From Actinomycetes bacterium (GTDB taxonomy: Bacteria; Actinomycetota; Acidimicrobiia; Acidimicrobiales; Palsa-688), in the NCBI GenBank assembly GCA_021828685.1, contig JAJZDJ010000001.1:6191-70190 (forward strand): 64,000 bases of DNA, in the 5' to 3' direction. Under the pieces are notes generated by a model that searched no databases, was not told the DNA's origin, and worked only from the letters and a program-made list of their open reading frames with translations. Below, one piece after another: positions 34,451 through 43,916 of this stretch. The position numbers and the translations under genes were made by a program. How positions within the stretch are numbered: the first letter of the stretch is position 1; every line of letters begins with the position of its first letter.

Positions 34451-37111
34451 TCAGCGCCGGCCGCCGAGCCTCCGATCGGCGACAAGATCAAGAACAAGCC
34501 CGGTCCATCCTGTCTGGTGAGAGGCTCCAAGCCCTGCGGCCGAATCCCCGTGGAAGTACTCGTGGAACATGAGCATGTCCTTCCAGTTCGAGTCGATCTG
34601 GAGCTTCTCGTAGTCGCCGAAGACCGGCCGCCTGCCCTGGTCGTCGGGCAAGAATATGGAGACGAGCCGGCGAGACAGGTCGTTCGCCACGTCGTGTAGC
34701 GAGGCCTGCGCGCCGGACCCCGTCGGGTGCTCCACGGTGAAGGCGTCACCGAAGTAGTGATGGTAACGGTCGAGGGCTTCGATCAGGAGGTAGTTGAGGG
34801 GGAACCATATCGGGCCTCTCCAGTTAGAGTTGCCGCCGAAGAGCGCTGTAGTGGACTCGCCTGGCTCGTAGTCGACGGTGGCCTCGGTTCCGCCGATCCT
34901 GATCTCGAAAGGATGATCGAGGTGCGCTTTCGACACCGAGCGCACACCGAAGTCCGACAGCATCTCGTTCGGATCGAGGACGCGGCTGAGCACCCTGGCC
35001 AGACTTCGAGGGTCAACCACCGACAGCAGCAGTCGGTCACCGTCGCCCTTGACGGCAAGACGGCTTACGTGTTCACCAAACTCCGGTTTGTTGTCGAGGA
35101 ACCATTTGAGGCGACGGCTAAAAGACGGGAGGGTAACCAGATGTTTCGGCTCGAGCACCGTCACCGCGAACAAGGCCACAACGCCCACCATCGAACGGAC
35201 CCTGACCGGGATGGCATCTCCGCTGTCAAGTCGAAGAACGTCGTAATAGAAGCCGTCCTGTTCGTCCCACAGGCCCTGAGTCTCCATTGCGTGTGCGATG
35301 TACGTGAAATGTTCGAAGAACTTCGTCGCAACATCCTCATAGACGGGGTCGTCGACTGCGAGGCGCAGTGCTATCTCCAGCATGTTCAAGCAGAAGGCGG
35401 CCATCCAGGCGGTCCCGTCCGATTGCTCGGTTCGGCCAGGCACCGGTAGCGGCTTGGAACGGTCGAAGAGCCCTATGTTGTCGAGTCCGAGGAATCCGCC
35501 TTCGAAAACGTTGTTTCCTGCTTCGTCTTTACGGTTTACCCACCATGTGAAGTTCAACAGGAGCTTGTGGAACATCCGCTCCAAGAAGTCGTGATCTACC
35601 GAGGCGTCCTCCCCGCGAGCGGCTCGGGCCTGCTGGTCGATCTCGGCTACACGTAAGACTGCCCAAGCGTGCACGGGAGGATTGACGTCGCTGAAATTCC
35701 ATTCGTACGCAGGGAGCTGGCCGTTCGGATGCATGTACCACTCCCGGCAAAGCAGGATGAGCTGGCGCTTGGCAAATGCCGCGTCGAGATGCGCAAGCGC
35801 CACGCAATGAAACGCGAGGTCCCAGGACGCGTACCACGGGTACTCCCAGGGGTCGGGCATCGATATGACGTCGCGATTGTTCAGGTGTGGCCACTCGCCG
35901 TTGCGGATTTCACCGCGGCCCGGCGGCGGAGCAGGCTGGGTAGCGTCGCCTTTGAGCCACTCCGCGACATCGTAATGGAAGAACTGTTTCGACCAGAGCA
36001 TGCCCGCAGCGGCCTGGCGCATCACCTGGCCTTCCTCGGGTGTGGCGTCGGCGGGAAGAAGGTTCGCGTAGAAAGCGTCGGCTTCGGCTTTCCGCGCTTC
36101 TATCACCGAGTCGAAGTTGCGAGCCAGGTCGCCTTCGGCGGCACTTGGTGCTTGGCGCGCGCCCTCGCCGGTCTTCCAGAAGCGAAGGCGGACCTCGACC
36201 GTTGCGCCGGGATCTACGGTCAAGCGATGGTGGATTGCAGCTTTGGTGCCCCTAAGCGCCGGGTTGACTGTCGGCGTCTTGTGAACGACGTGATCGGCGA
36301 TGCCGTCCTTTGCGAATTCCGGACCGTTCGTGCCATAGAGCTTGGCGGTGTTTGTGTCATTGTCGCAGAACAGGGGCGTCCCATTCTGATCCCACGCCAA
36401 CTCCCACCGCCCTAGAGCAGGGTGCTCGGCGACCAGACGGGAACCTTGCATCGAAAGGGCCGGACGCTCAGCGCCGGAAGTCCATGACCAGGTGTTGCGG
36501 AACCAAACTGTCGGGAGCAGATCGATTGTCGCCGTGTCCGGGCCGCAGTTTCGGGCCGTTATCTTCCACAGGACGTCCTCAGGTCCGGCCTTCGCCCAAG
36601 TGCACTCGACAACCCAGAAGCGGTCCTCGTCAAAGACGCCCGTGTCCAGCAGTTCGTACTCGCGCTCATGACGTGATCGGGAGCCGTTGACTCCAAGCAG
36701 GTCCTGGTAGGGAAATTCCGCCTGAGGGTAGTGGTATCGCCATCGAAGCCACGACGATGTCGGGGTTGCGTCTAGGTACCACCAGTACTCTTTGACGTCC
36801 TCGCCGTGGTTGCCTTGCTCGCCGGTGAGCCCGAAGAGCCGCTCTTTTAGGATCGGATCCTTCCCATTCCACATCGCGAGGGCCAGGCACAGGTTCTGCT
36901 CGTCGTCGCAAAGGCCGGCCATGCCGTCCTCGTTCCAACGAAATGCCCGTGAAGCGGCGTGTTCGAAAGGCAGGTACGACCACGCGTCCCCGTTGGCGGA
37001 ATAGTCCTCACGGACCGTACCCCACGCGCGTTCCGAGAGGTACGGGCCCCACCGCCTCCACGGCAAATCGCCCCGATCGGCCTCGCGTACGCGCTCGCGT
37101 TCAGTCTCCAT
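34451..37111 (-). CDS. GH63-like (MGH1-like) glycoside hydrolase / glucosidase
   Basis: The roughly 886-aa product starts METERERV...PWRRWGPYLSERAWGTVREDYS and carries an (alpha/alpha)6-type C-terminal domain pattern (FHEYFHGD). The ATG at 37111 is chosen. Confidence 0.78.
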   Translation of the reverse strand: METERERVREADRGDLPWRRWGPYLSERAWGTVREDYSANGDAWSYLPFEHAASRAFRWNEDGMAGLCDDEQNLCLALAMWNGKDPILKERLFGLTGEQGNHGEDVKEYWWYLDATPTSSWLRWRYHYPQAEFPYQDLLGVNGSRSRHEREYELLDTGVFDEDRFWVVECTWAKAGPEDVLWKITARNCGPDTATIDLLPTVWFRNTWSWTSGAERPALSMQGSRLVAEHPALGRWELAWDQNGTPLFCDNDTNTAKLYGTNGPEFAKDGIADHVVHKTPTVNPALRGTKAAIHHRLTVDPGATVEVRLRFWKTGEGARQAPSAAEGDLARNFDSVIEARKAEADAFYANLLPADATPEEGQVMRQAAAGMLWSKQFFHYDVAEWLKGDATQPAPPPGRGEIRNGEWPHLNNRDVISMPDPWEYPWYASWDLAFHCVALAHLDAAFAKRQLILLCREWYMHPNGQLPAYEWNFSDVNPPVHAWAVLRVAEIDQQARAARGEDASVDHDFLERMFHKLLLNFTWWVNRKDEAGNNVFEGGFLGLDNIGLFDRSKPLPVPGRTEQSDGTAWMAAFCLNMLEIALRLAVDDPVYEDVATKFFEHFTYIAHAMETQGLWDEQDGFYYDVLRLDSGDAIPVRVRSMVGVVALFAVTVLEPKHLVTLPSFSRRLKWFLDNKPEFGEHVSRLAVKGDGDRLLLSVVDPRSLARVLSRVLDPNEMLSDFGVRSVSKAHLDHPFEIRIGGTEATVDYEPGESTTALFGGNSNWRGPIWFPLNYLLIEALDRYHHYFGDAFTVEHPTGSGAQASLHDVANDLSRRLVSIFLPDDQGRRPVFGDYEKLQIDSNWKDMLMFHEYFHGDSAAGLGASHQTGWTGLVLDLVADRRLGGRR

Positions 37112-37218
37112 GCCGTCAATGTTGGCATTTTTCCTTGCCCGGCAAGGGCAATACTTGACCTGGAGGCAGAAAACCTCTTGTATATCAGGGAAACTTCCCC
37201 AACTATCTGGAGGTAGCA

Positions 37219-37773
37219 GTGAATAGGACAGAGTTGGCCCAGGCGGTTCAGACCGCAACCGGTCTGGACAAGAAGCAGTCGGAGGCCGCCGTCGAGGCTG
37301 TCGCCGCTGCCATTATGGGGGAGGTGAAGGCTGGGAATCGCGTATCTATATTCGGGTTCGGTTCGTTCGACCCGAGGGCACGAGGACCGCGAACCGCCCG
37401 GAATCCCCAAACTCAGGCCACGGTGAAAGTACCGGCATCGAAGTCGGTCGCGTTCAAGCCGGCCGCAGCCTTCAAGGCTGCGCTAAACACAAAGGGCCGG
37501 GCGTCTGCAGCTAAGAAGGCAGCTCCTGCTGCGGCCGCCGCAAGTGCGCGTGCTTCGACGGCAAAAGCTTCGGCCGCCAAGGCTTCCCCGGCTGCCAGCA
37601 AGGCTACGGCCGCTAAGGCGGTTGCTAGCAAGGTGACGGCCAGCAAGGTGACGGCCGCCAAAGCGACGCCCAGTAAGGCGGCGGCGAGCAAAGCGGCGGC
37701 TGTGAAGGCTGCCTCGCCGGCGAAAGCCACAAAGGCACCTGCCAAGGCTGCCAAATCCGCTAAGAAACGGTGA
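37219..37773 (+). CDS. hupB: HU-type nucleoid protein with Ala/Lys/Ser-rich C-terminal tail (HupB/MDP1-like)
   Basis: HU fold (MNRTELAQAV...FGFGSFDPRARGPRTARNPQT) followed by about 90 aa of AAKA/ASKA repeats. GTG start. Confidence 0.9.
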   Translation: MNRTELAQAVQTATGLDKKQSEAAVEAVAAAIMGEVKAGNRVSIFGFGSFDPRARGPRTARNPQTQATVKVPASKSVAFKPAAAFKAALNTKGRASAAKKAAPAAAAASARASTAKASAAKASPAASKATAAKAVASKVTASKVTAAKATPSKAAASKAAAVKAASPAKATKAPAKAAKSAKKR

Positions 37774-37786
37774 GTTTGCGCAGTAC

Positions 37787-37829
37787 CGGGCGGGACCTGC
37801 AACCTTTTAGTTTAAATGGGTCCCGCCCG
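37787..37829. terminator. GC-clamped hairpin between convergent hupB and the PIG-L gene (11-bp perfect stem, 21-nt AT-rich loop)
   Basis: CGGGCGGGACC (37787-37797) pairs with GGTCCCGCCCG (37819-37829). It begins 14 nt after the hupB stop. No U-tract follows, so it would be an actinobacterial I-shaped terminator if it terminates at all. Confidence 0.45.
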
Positions 37830-37905
37830 AAGCCGTTGCGCCGCCCACGGCCTTGACTAAGCGACCTTAGATCCGCGAGGCAAGCTCAGTCCGGGGTGAA
37901 CGGTC

Positions 37906-38670
37906 TCAAAGGCCGTCGATAAGCTTGAAAGCCTCGGCTGGCCCGTAGCCGAATCCCGATCCCAGCTCCGCGTGGCGTGAGTGCATCCTTCGAGCAAAAG
38001 CTGCGATGGCCTCGTCCTCGTCGACCTGGTCGATGTGCATGGTCGATCGGAACTGGGAGCGGTGAGCCAGCAAAGCCCGGAGCTTCACATCTTCGAACCC
38101 CGAGATAGTCTCGAGGTGGTCAGGTACGTCGGCCTCCCAAAGCAAAAGTCTGTCCGGGCGGTGCGGCGCAAGGCCATGCTCGGGAAAGAAGTGCGGGTCA
38201 CGTGCGGCGACGATGCCGTCGGTCAGGAGGAAACCGGCGTTTCTGTGATCCGGGTGCAACCGGTACCGCTTCCACGGATCGTGGCCGAGCACGACCTGCG
38301 GCCTTACCGTTCGGATATGTCTCGCCACAACGCTGCGCTGTTCGAGTGAGCTCAGGAGCTCGCCGTCCACCCATCCACCGAAGCCCACCCTACCGTTGCC
38401 TCCCAGGATCCTCGAGGCCTCGATTTGTTCATCCCGTCGATGAGCGACCAGCTCGTCCCGGTCTTGCGCAGGGTCCCACGTCCCCTTCGAGCCGTCGGTG
38501 CATACAAAATGATGGATCTTGCACCCGGCCGCCGCCCACTTCGCCAGCGTCGCGCCGCATCCGAACTCGATGTCGTCGGGGTGCGCGCCGATAGCGAGCG
38601 CGCTTTGCGGGACGTCGACATCGACCGTCGGGGTTGTGTGGAACGGCCCGTGCGAGTTGGGATCGCTCAC
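37906..38670 (-). CDS. PIG-L/LmbE-family N-acetylglucosaminyl deacetylase
   Basis: AIGAHPDDIEFGCGATLAKW motif and a later HPDH motif. The GTG at 38670 forms a GTGA overlap with the cofC stop. Confidence 0.8.
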   Translation of the reverse strand: MSDPNSHGPFHTTPTVDVDVPQSALAIGAHPDDIEFGCGATLAKWAAAGCKIHHFVCTDGSKGTWDPAQDRDELVAHRRDEQIEASRILGGNGRVGFGGWVDGELLSSLEQRSVVARHIRTVRPQVVLGHDPWKRYRLHPDHRNAGFLLTDGIVAARDPHFFPEHGLAPHRPDRLLLWEADVPDHLETISGFEDVKLRALLAHRSQFRSTMHIDQVDEDEAIAAFARRMHSRHAELGSGFGYGPAEAFKLIDGL

Positions 38671-39251
38671 AGAGCTACCGCCATCAGATCCTCCGGCACG
38701 TCCACGTCCCACGCCAACGGAGAATCGTGGACAACCCTGAGGGGAGCGCCAGCCCGGCGGGATTCGTCGACATGGCGCCGAAACGATTGCGGCCCGTACG
38801 CAAAATTGAACGATATTCCGGGCGGAACTGATATCACGTTGGTCCCATCCTCTCGGCGATCCGGGACGAGGGTGATACCAGGAAACTCTGTCACCCAGCC
38901 AATGTCGTTAGCTAAAGGCAAATCGCTCGCTACCACGGCGACTGTGGCGAAACCCTCCGCCCGGAGATGCAGCAGCCCGAACTGCACGGCTCCGTTGAGC
39001 CCCCGTCCCGGCTCACAGATCACCGTGGCGCCGAGACCGGTCGCCCACCGTTCCACCTCGTCGTCATCGCACACGACGGCGACCGTCAAACCTCCGGCGG
39101 AACTGACGACCCGCTCAGCCATCTCGATCGCCAAGCGACGCCGCTGCGACGGTGTAAGCGCCGGAGCCAACCTGAGCTTCGCTCGATCGAACGCCTTGAC
39201 AGGAATGAGAACAGCATCCCCGCGAGATCCCGGGGTGGTCGACGCTCCCAT
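38667..39251 (-). CDS. cofC: CofC/FbiD-type guanylyltransferase (F420 biosynthesis)
   Basis: AVLIPVKAFDRAKLRL N-terminus and DLPLA...DRREDGTN blocks characteristic of CofC. Confidence 0.72.
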   Translation of the reverse strand: MGASTTPGSRGDAVLIPVKAFDRAKLRLAPALTPSQRRRLAIEMAERVVSSAGGLTVAVVCDDDEVERWATGLGATVICEPGRGLNGAVQFGLLHLRAEGFATVAVVASDLPLANDIGWVTEFPGITLVPDRREDGTNVISVPPGISFNFAYGPQSFRRHVDESRRAGAPLRVVHDSPLAWDVDVPEDLMAVAL

Positions 39252-39333
39252 GGTCCATATGATAGGGAATGGTCATGGAGTTGCAGGACGCCGCCGAAAG
39301 TCGTGTGAGGCTGCGCTATAGCCTGAGCTCTCA

Positions 39334-40068
39334 ATGATCCGCCAGCTTCTCCCGGCACCTGTGGCCATAAGCACTTTGCAGGCGTTGGAGGAAGCCTACC
39401 TACACTCAGCCGACGAGCACCTGCGGACAAACTTCGTCTCGTCCATAGACGGGGCCGTCGAGATCGACGGCGTCAGTGGGCCGCTCGGCGGTCAGGCTGA
39501 CCGTGCAGCCTTTTTTGCGATGAGGGCGGTCTGCGACGTGATCCTTGTCGGGGCGGGGACGATGCGGGCCGAGAACTACGGCCCCGTCAAAATGGGAGAG
39601 GAAAGGATGGCGAGGCGGGCGAGCCGGGGCCAGGCAGCACTCCCGCGCCTCGCAGTTGTCTCGCAGAGCGGAGCGCTCGACGCAGCTGCTCCGCTGTTCG
39701 CCTCGCAGCCGCCTGTAATCGTCTATACCACCTCGACCGGGTCCCAGCGCCGTAATGGCCTTGCGGATGCTGCGGAGGTCATCGCAGCGGGCGACGGCGA
39801 AGTGCGCTTGAAAACCGTCGTTTCGGATCTGCGGTCGCGTGGGTTGGGGAGAATCCTCTGCGAGGGAGGACCTTCGCTGTTCCGGGCTTTGATGCGAGAA
39901 GGTCTGGTTGACGAAATCTGCTTGACTATCTCGCCGATGCTCGCTGTGGACGGCCGGGCGAATTCCGCTTCATCCGGTGCTTTGGTCCCAGTTCCTCTGC
40001 AGTTGCAGGCGGTTTTGGAGGGAGACGGCGCTCTCCTTCTTCGCTACCGGCCGCTGGTCGGGAACTGA
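39334..40068 (+). CDS. RibD C-terminal-domain (pyrimidine/dihydrofolate reductase-like) protein
   Basis: SSIDGAVEIDGVSGPLGG...DVILVGAGTMRAENY...ILCEGGPSLF blocks. Confidence 0.75.
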   Translation: MIRQLLPAPVAISTLQALEEAYLHSADEHLRTNFVSSIDGAVEIDGVSGPLGGQADRAAFFAMRAVCDVILVGAGTMRAENYGPVKMGEERMARRASRGQAALPRLAVVSQSGALDAAAPLFASQPPVIVYTTSTGSQRRNGLADAAEVIAAGDGEVRLKTVVSDLRSRGLGRILCEGGPSLFRALMREGLVDEICLTISPMLAVDGRANSASSGALVPVPLQLQAVLEGDGALLLRYRPLVGN

Positions 40069-40081
40069 CGACCACCAGCGT

Positions 40082-40759
40082 ATGCGTTCCAAGCAAATCC
40101 CCCCGACAAGGAACTTCGAACGTAGGTTGGCCGACCAGGGGTTCAACCTTGTGGTAGGAGTGGATGAAGTCGGGCGAGGGGCTTGGGCGGGACCTCTCGC
40201 GGTAGGCGCTGCTGTGGTGCCGGCTGACACTCGCGTGAACGGGATTCGCGACTCCAAACTGCTCAGCGAACGCAGGCGCGAACAGCTCTTCGAGCGAGTC
40301 TCGAAATGGTGCGTAGCATGGAGCGTCGGTTTGGCCAGCAACGACGAATGCGACGCGCTCGGGATGGCCGAAGCTCAACGCACCGCTACGAGGCGGGCGC
40401 TGGAGGCTCTACCGTTGGTCCCTGAGCATGTCCTCGTGGACGGACCATGGGACTTCGTCCAGGTGCTTCCAGCCACGACGATCGTCAAAGGGGATGCCAA
40501 ATGTCTGTCTATCGCAGCAGCTTCGATCCTAGCGAAAGTCTCCCGTGACCGGATAATGCGCTGCGCAGCGGAACACTATCCCGCATACGACTTCGAATCC
40601 AACAAAGGCTATCCCTGCTCACGCCACACTATGGCACTCGTAGCGTACGGGCCTTCTGCCATCCATCGTCGCAGCTGGGCGTACATGGACCGACTGATCT
40701 GGGCCAACCCGGGCTTCGCTCGGCGCCTCCCAGAATCCTGGGGGGTCGAGCTCGCTTAG
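40082..40759 (+). CDS. rnhB: Ribonuclease HII
   Basis: VGVDEVGRGAWAGPL active site, DSKLLS and KGDAKCLSIAAASILAKV motifs. The ATG at 40082 is chosen. Confidence 0.87.
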   Translation: MRSKQIPPTRNFERRLADQGFNLVVGVDEVGRGAWAGPLAVGAAVVPADTRVNGIRDSKLLSERRREQLFERVSKWCVAWSVGLASNDECDALGMAEAQRTATRRALEALPLVPEHVLVDGPWDFVQVLPATTIVKGDAKCLSIAAASILAKVSRDRIMRCAAEHYPAYDFESNKGYPCSRHTMALVAYGPSAIHRRSWAYMDRLIWANPGFARRLPESWGVELA

Positions 40760-40832
40760 GCTGCGCAGGCGGCGTGTTGGATCGACACCCTGACGTTTGT
40801 TCTCGGGTGGCGGCTATGACTTTTGGGGTTTG

Positions 40833-43442
40833 TCAAGGAGCGGTGGTGGTCGACTGAGTCGACCCGCCGCTCGGAGGTGTGCCGATCCAAACTGCAAGTT
40901 GGCCAGCGACCGTCCCGACGACGACAGCGTTTGAAGACCGGAAGGCGACCAGGTCGAGCTGAAGGTTGGCGGAGGTGAGCCACGGTGTGGTGTCCAGGGG
41001 CACGGATTGCCAGCTTTTGCCGGCGTTTGACGTCAACCAGATGCCGTCCTTAGTCGGCGTCGACGCTAGTGGGGATCCGAGTCCGATGTCACTTCCCATG
41101 GACGCCGCAGGTCCAATGCCGCCCGCACTGGCTGAAGGCCCCGGGGCTTGGGGGTGCGCGCCAGGATCGGGATTCGCGAGGGCGATCCACTCGGAGCCGT
41201 TGTTGGCCATAGTGGTGAGGGGATCGGCTGTCCCGGGCACGAAGGAACTCACCTTTGATCTCACCCAGGTGGCGCCGTCGGTGGACTTCCACACCGCTGG
41301 GACGGAGTTGCCGTCCGGTGATGTGCTGGACCCGAAAGCTACCAGCGTCCCTCCGATGTCGACGCATCCCGACATGCTCTCGGTGGCTCCGGCGACTGGG
41401 GCGGGTGATACGGTTCCCGCTTGCCAGCCCGCCCCGCCCTTCGAGTACCACACCTGCGCTTCGACTCCGCTCGGCAATGTCGATGGGTGGCTTGACGTCT
41501 GCACCGGCTGGGGGGCCGATCCGACCGCTACCACCAAGCTCGGCAGAACCAGGGAACTTGGCGCACCCGTAGTTGTGTCGGCCGCCGTCGACGAGGTTGG
41601 CGCTTTCGCGGTTGTCGTCGGGGAATTTGACGGCACGGTTGTCGTCGAAACGCCCGGCCGCGTCGTCGAAGTCGAGGACTGGGAGGTGCCTGACGTGACC
41701 CTGCAGGTTCCATTCACCAAAGCGGCTCCAGAGGTCGCCGAAGGCGTCGGAAGGACGCCCTGCGACTTCCAATTGACTCCATCGCTGCTGACCCATGCTT
41801 CGGGTACACCTTCGGCCCCGGTACCTACGGCCATCCAGCCGTTACTCAGTCGCAAGGTGACAGCCGAAGGAGAAGGCAAGTTTGGCGGAAAAGGCGAGGC
41901 CGGGTTCTGCGCAATCCACGAAACGCCGTCGCTCGACGAAAAGGTCTTGAGGGAGACGGTCGCGGGACCGATCGTCTGCGAACGGTCCACCTCGTCCGCG
42001 TCCAACACGAGGCTTCCGGCAACGCTTGTCAATGCAAGGGGCACCGCTTTCGGTTGTACCGGGCCGAAGACCGCCGGATTCGAGGACGGTTGGACCCAAC
42101 CTTTCGACGTCATGTCCAGCAGGTAGGGCTGCCCGGCGCGGGTGTCGACAACCACCGTCGTTGAGTAGGTGGCCCCTGCAGCCGTGGCTCGCCAGGTGCC
42201 AAGAGATGCGTCGGCGCTGGGCAGCCCTCCTGACGACCAGTGCAGTCCATCCGTGGAGCGCCATACCCCTTGGCCGTCGGGTCCTCCACCCGCAGCGATA
42301 AGGGAGTTTTTGCTTACGCTGCCTGTTACCTGCGAAACGTCAAACGCAGTCATGCCGCCCGAGGGGCCTAGAGCTGACGGTGACACTGACGAGGGAACAG
42401 GAAAATCTGTAGAGGGCTGACTCCAGCTGACGCCGTTCGGAGATATCCATGAGGCGGGAACCCATCCTGAGCCGAAGTTGATGCCCCCGACGGCAACGAG
42501 ACCCTGGGTGAGCGGGGCTATCGAGAAGATCTCTTCGTTGGCCGCACCCGCGAACGCTCTTGACGACTGGCCGACCATACTCCAGGTGATGCCGTCGCCG
42601 CTCAACCAAAGGGCCGCTTGGACGGTCGGCCCGTTCGGGACTGAACCGCCTGCGTAGACGTCTGTGCCGACGCTGACGAGCGTGTTCACTTTTGCTCCCG
42701 GAGAAGCGTCGATGACTCGCTGCGCTCCTGCATTCGGTCGCCATTGCTGACCCGATACCGACGACCACATCGCAAAGCTCCCGTTGAACGTTCCGATCGC
42801 GAAGAACCCGAGCGGCCCGGCCGTCACGGCGGACATCTGCGAGGCCCCGGTGCCTGTCGAAACCGCAACCCGTGTGAGTGGCGCTCCCGGTTCTGCGGAG
42901 AACCACACAGCCGCTTCCTCCGATGCACCCGTCCCGATGGAACCGACCGCGACCGTCTCGCCGTTGTAAAGCGTCGCCGCATTGATGGTACCTACCAACG
43001 GCGCACCGGGCAGCGGCTTGGCTTGCCAGGTAACTCCGTCGGGAGATGACCAGGTCATCGGTTCCGGCAGGCCAGACGTCAAAGTCTGCGTGCCATAGAG
43101 CTGCCAGACTCCACCCGGCTGCGGCGTGATTAGAGCTGAGAGAGTCGACGTTGGCCCTCCGCCGACGGTGAGCGCCGGCGTCAGGGAACGAGACCAGTCG
43201 AAAGGTGACGCTGCAACGTGGGTCGCCCCAGTCGAGGCGAGAGTCGTCGCGCTAGTGGCGCTGACCGCCGAAGGAGGCGGAGTTGCGGAGCGGTGACTGA
43301 CAGAACACGAAGCGGCGCCGGCAGCGAACAGGAGGACTGCTGCGCACTGCGCTGCGCGCCGGTACCCGAACAAGCGTCGCGATTGCACCCCGTGATTTGG
43401 AAGGGAGTTGGCGCCTGGGATTGGGTTTGGGCTGGCTGGCAA
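40833..43442 (-). CDS. Large secreted (possibly lipid-anchored) Asp-box/BNR-repeat beta-propeller protein with internal Ser/Thr/Pro linker
   Basis: Signal-like N-terminus ending AAGAASC. At least 7 S-x-D-G-x-x-W boxes are present (SPDGVTW, SGDGITW, STDGLHW, SSDGVSW, SSDGVNW, STDGATW and variants). An STP-rich linker lies near residue 560. Confidence 0.7.
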   Translation of the reverse strand: MPASPNPIPGANSLPNHGVQSRRLFGYRRAAQCAAVLLFAAGAASCSVSHRSATPPPSAVSATSATTLASTGATHVAASPFDWSRSLTPALTVGGGPTSTLSALITPQPGGVWQLYGTQTLTSGLPEPMTWSSPDGVTWQAKPLPGAPLVGTINAATLYNGETVAVGSIGTGASEEAAVWFSAEPGAPLTRVAVSTGTGASQMSAVTAGPLGFFAIGTFNGSFAMWSSVSGQQWRPNAGAQRVIDASPGAKVNTLVSVGTDVYAGGSVPNGPTVQAALWLSGDGITWSMVGQSSRAFAGAANEEIFSIAPLTQGLVAVGGINFGSGWVPASWISPNGVSWSQPSTDFPVPSSVSPSALGPSGGMTAFDVSQVTGSVSKNSLIAAGGGPDGQGVWRSTDGLHWSSGGLPSADASLGTWRATAAGATYSTTVVVDTRAGQPYLLDMTSKGWVQPSSNPAVFGPVQPKAVPLALTSVAGSLVLDADEVDRSQTIGPATVSLKTFSSSDGVSWIAQNPASPFPPNLPSPSAVTLRLSNGWMAVGTGAEGVPEAWVSSDGVNWKSQGVLPTPSATSGAALVNGTCRVTSGTSQSSTSTTRPGVSTTTVPSNSPTTTAKAPTSSTAADTTTGAPSSLVLPSLVVAVGSAPQPVQTSSHPSTLPSGVEAQVWYSKGGAGWQAGTVSPAPVAGATESMSGCVDIGGTLVAFGSSTSPDGNSVPAVWKSTDGATWVRSKVSSFVPGTADPLTTMANNGSEWIALANPDPGAHPQAPGPSASAGGIGPAASMGSDIGLGSPLASTPTKDGIWLTSNAGKSWQSVPLDTTPWLTSANLQLDLVAFRSSNAVVVGTVAGQLAVWIGTPPSGGSTQSTTTAP

Positions 43443-43472
43443 GTTGGCGGTGAATTGTGTCTGTCGAGAGGC

Positions 43473-43916
43473 CTAGCGGCTGCTCAGGTTGAAGCCGTCA
43501 TCCCCGCCGCGTTTCCAGACTTGCCACCATTTTCGAGCGCTCCGCTTTTTTTCTATATCGCGGAGGATATCCGGTCCTGCCGCCGTGACAATCGAGCTCG
43601 CCTCGTCGAGCAGGGTGGCGATATCGTCTCCCGGCTCGTCAGGTTCGCTCTCCACGTCGGGCCGCCGCAGCGAACCGACGACGAACGAACCGTCGATGAT
43701 GTCGCGTTGGTAACGGGCGCAGCTATCGGGACAACGCCACGGCGCCTCGGGGGCGAGGTTGAGCACACAAAAGCGTGCAGCCTCCCCAGAATCGTAGGTT
43801 CGGCTTTGGAAGTGCCGGCAATCTTCTCGCATGCTCACCCGACAATCGTGGCATCTCGGAGCCTGGTTGCGCACTGCAGGCCCTGCGGTGACCGCCTCCG
43901 GTAGATTCGGGGCCAT
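43473..43916 (-). CDS. Cys-rich hypothetical protein (CHDC...C...C...CPDSC)
   Basis: Third-position GC is coding-like. Six Cys lie in the first roughly 70 aa and the C-terminus is acidic then basic. The start is either the ATG at 43916, sharing a CATG with marR, or the ATG at 43832. Confidence 0.5.
   Translation of the reverse strand: MAPNLPEAVTAGPAVRNQAPRCHDCRVSMREDCRHFQSRTYDSGEAARFCVLNLAPEAPWRCPDSCARYQRDIIDGSFVVGSLRRPDVESEPDEPGDDIATLLDEASSIVTAAGPDILRDIEKKRSARKWWQVWKRGGDDGFNLSSR

Noticed and set aside
37133-37190. Candidate hupB promoter (TTGACC at 37155) and the 15-bp palindrome CCTTGCC-C-GGCAAGG (37133-37147) in the GH63/hupB divergent region
   Set aside because: No acceptable -10 hexamer (TAnnnT) lies at 16-19 nt spacing from the TTGACC. 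The palindrome is short and GC-rich. Both are noted but not reported as features.
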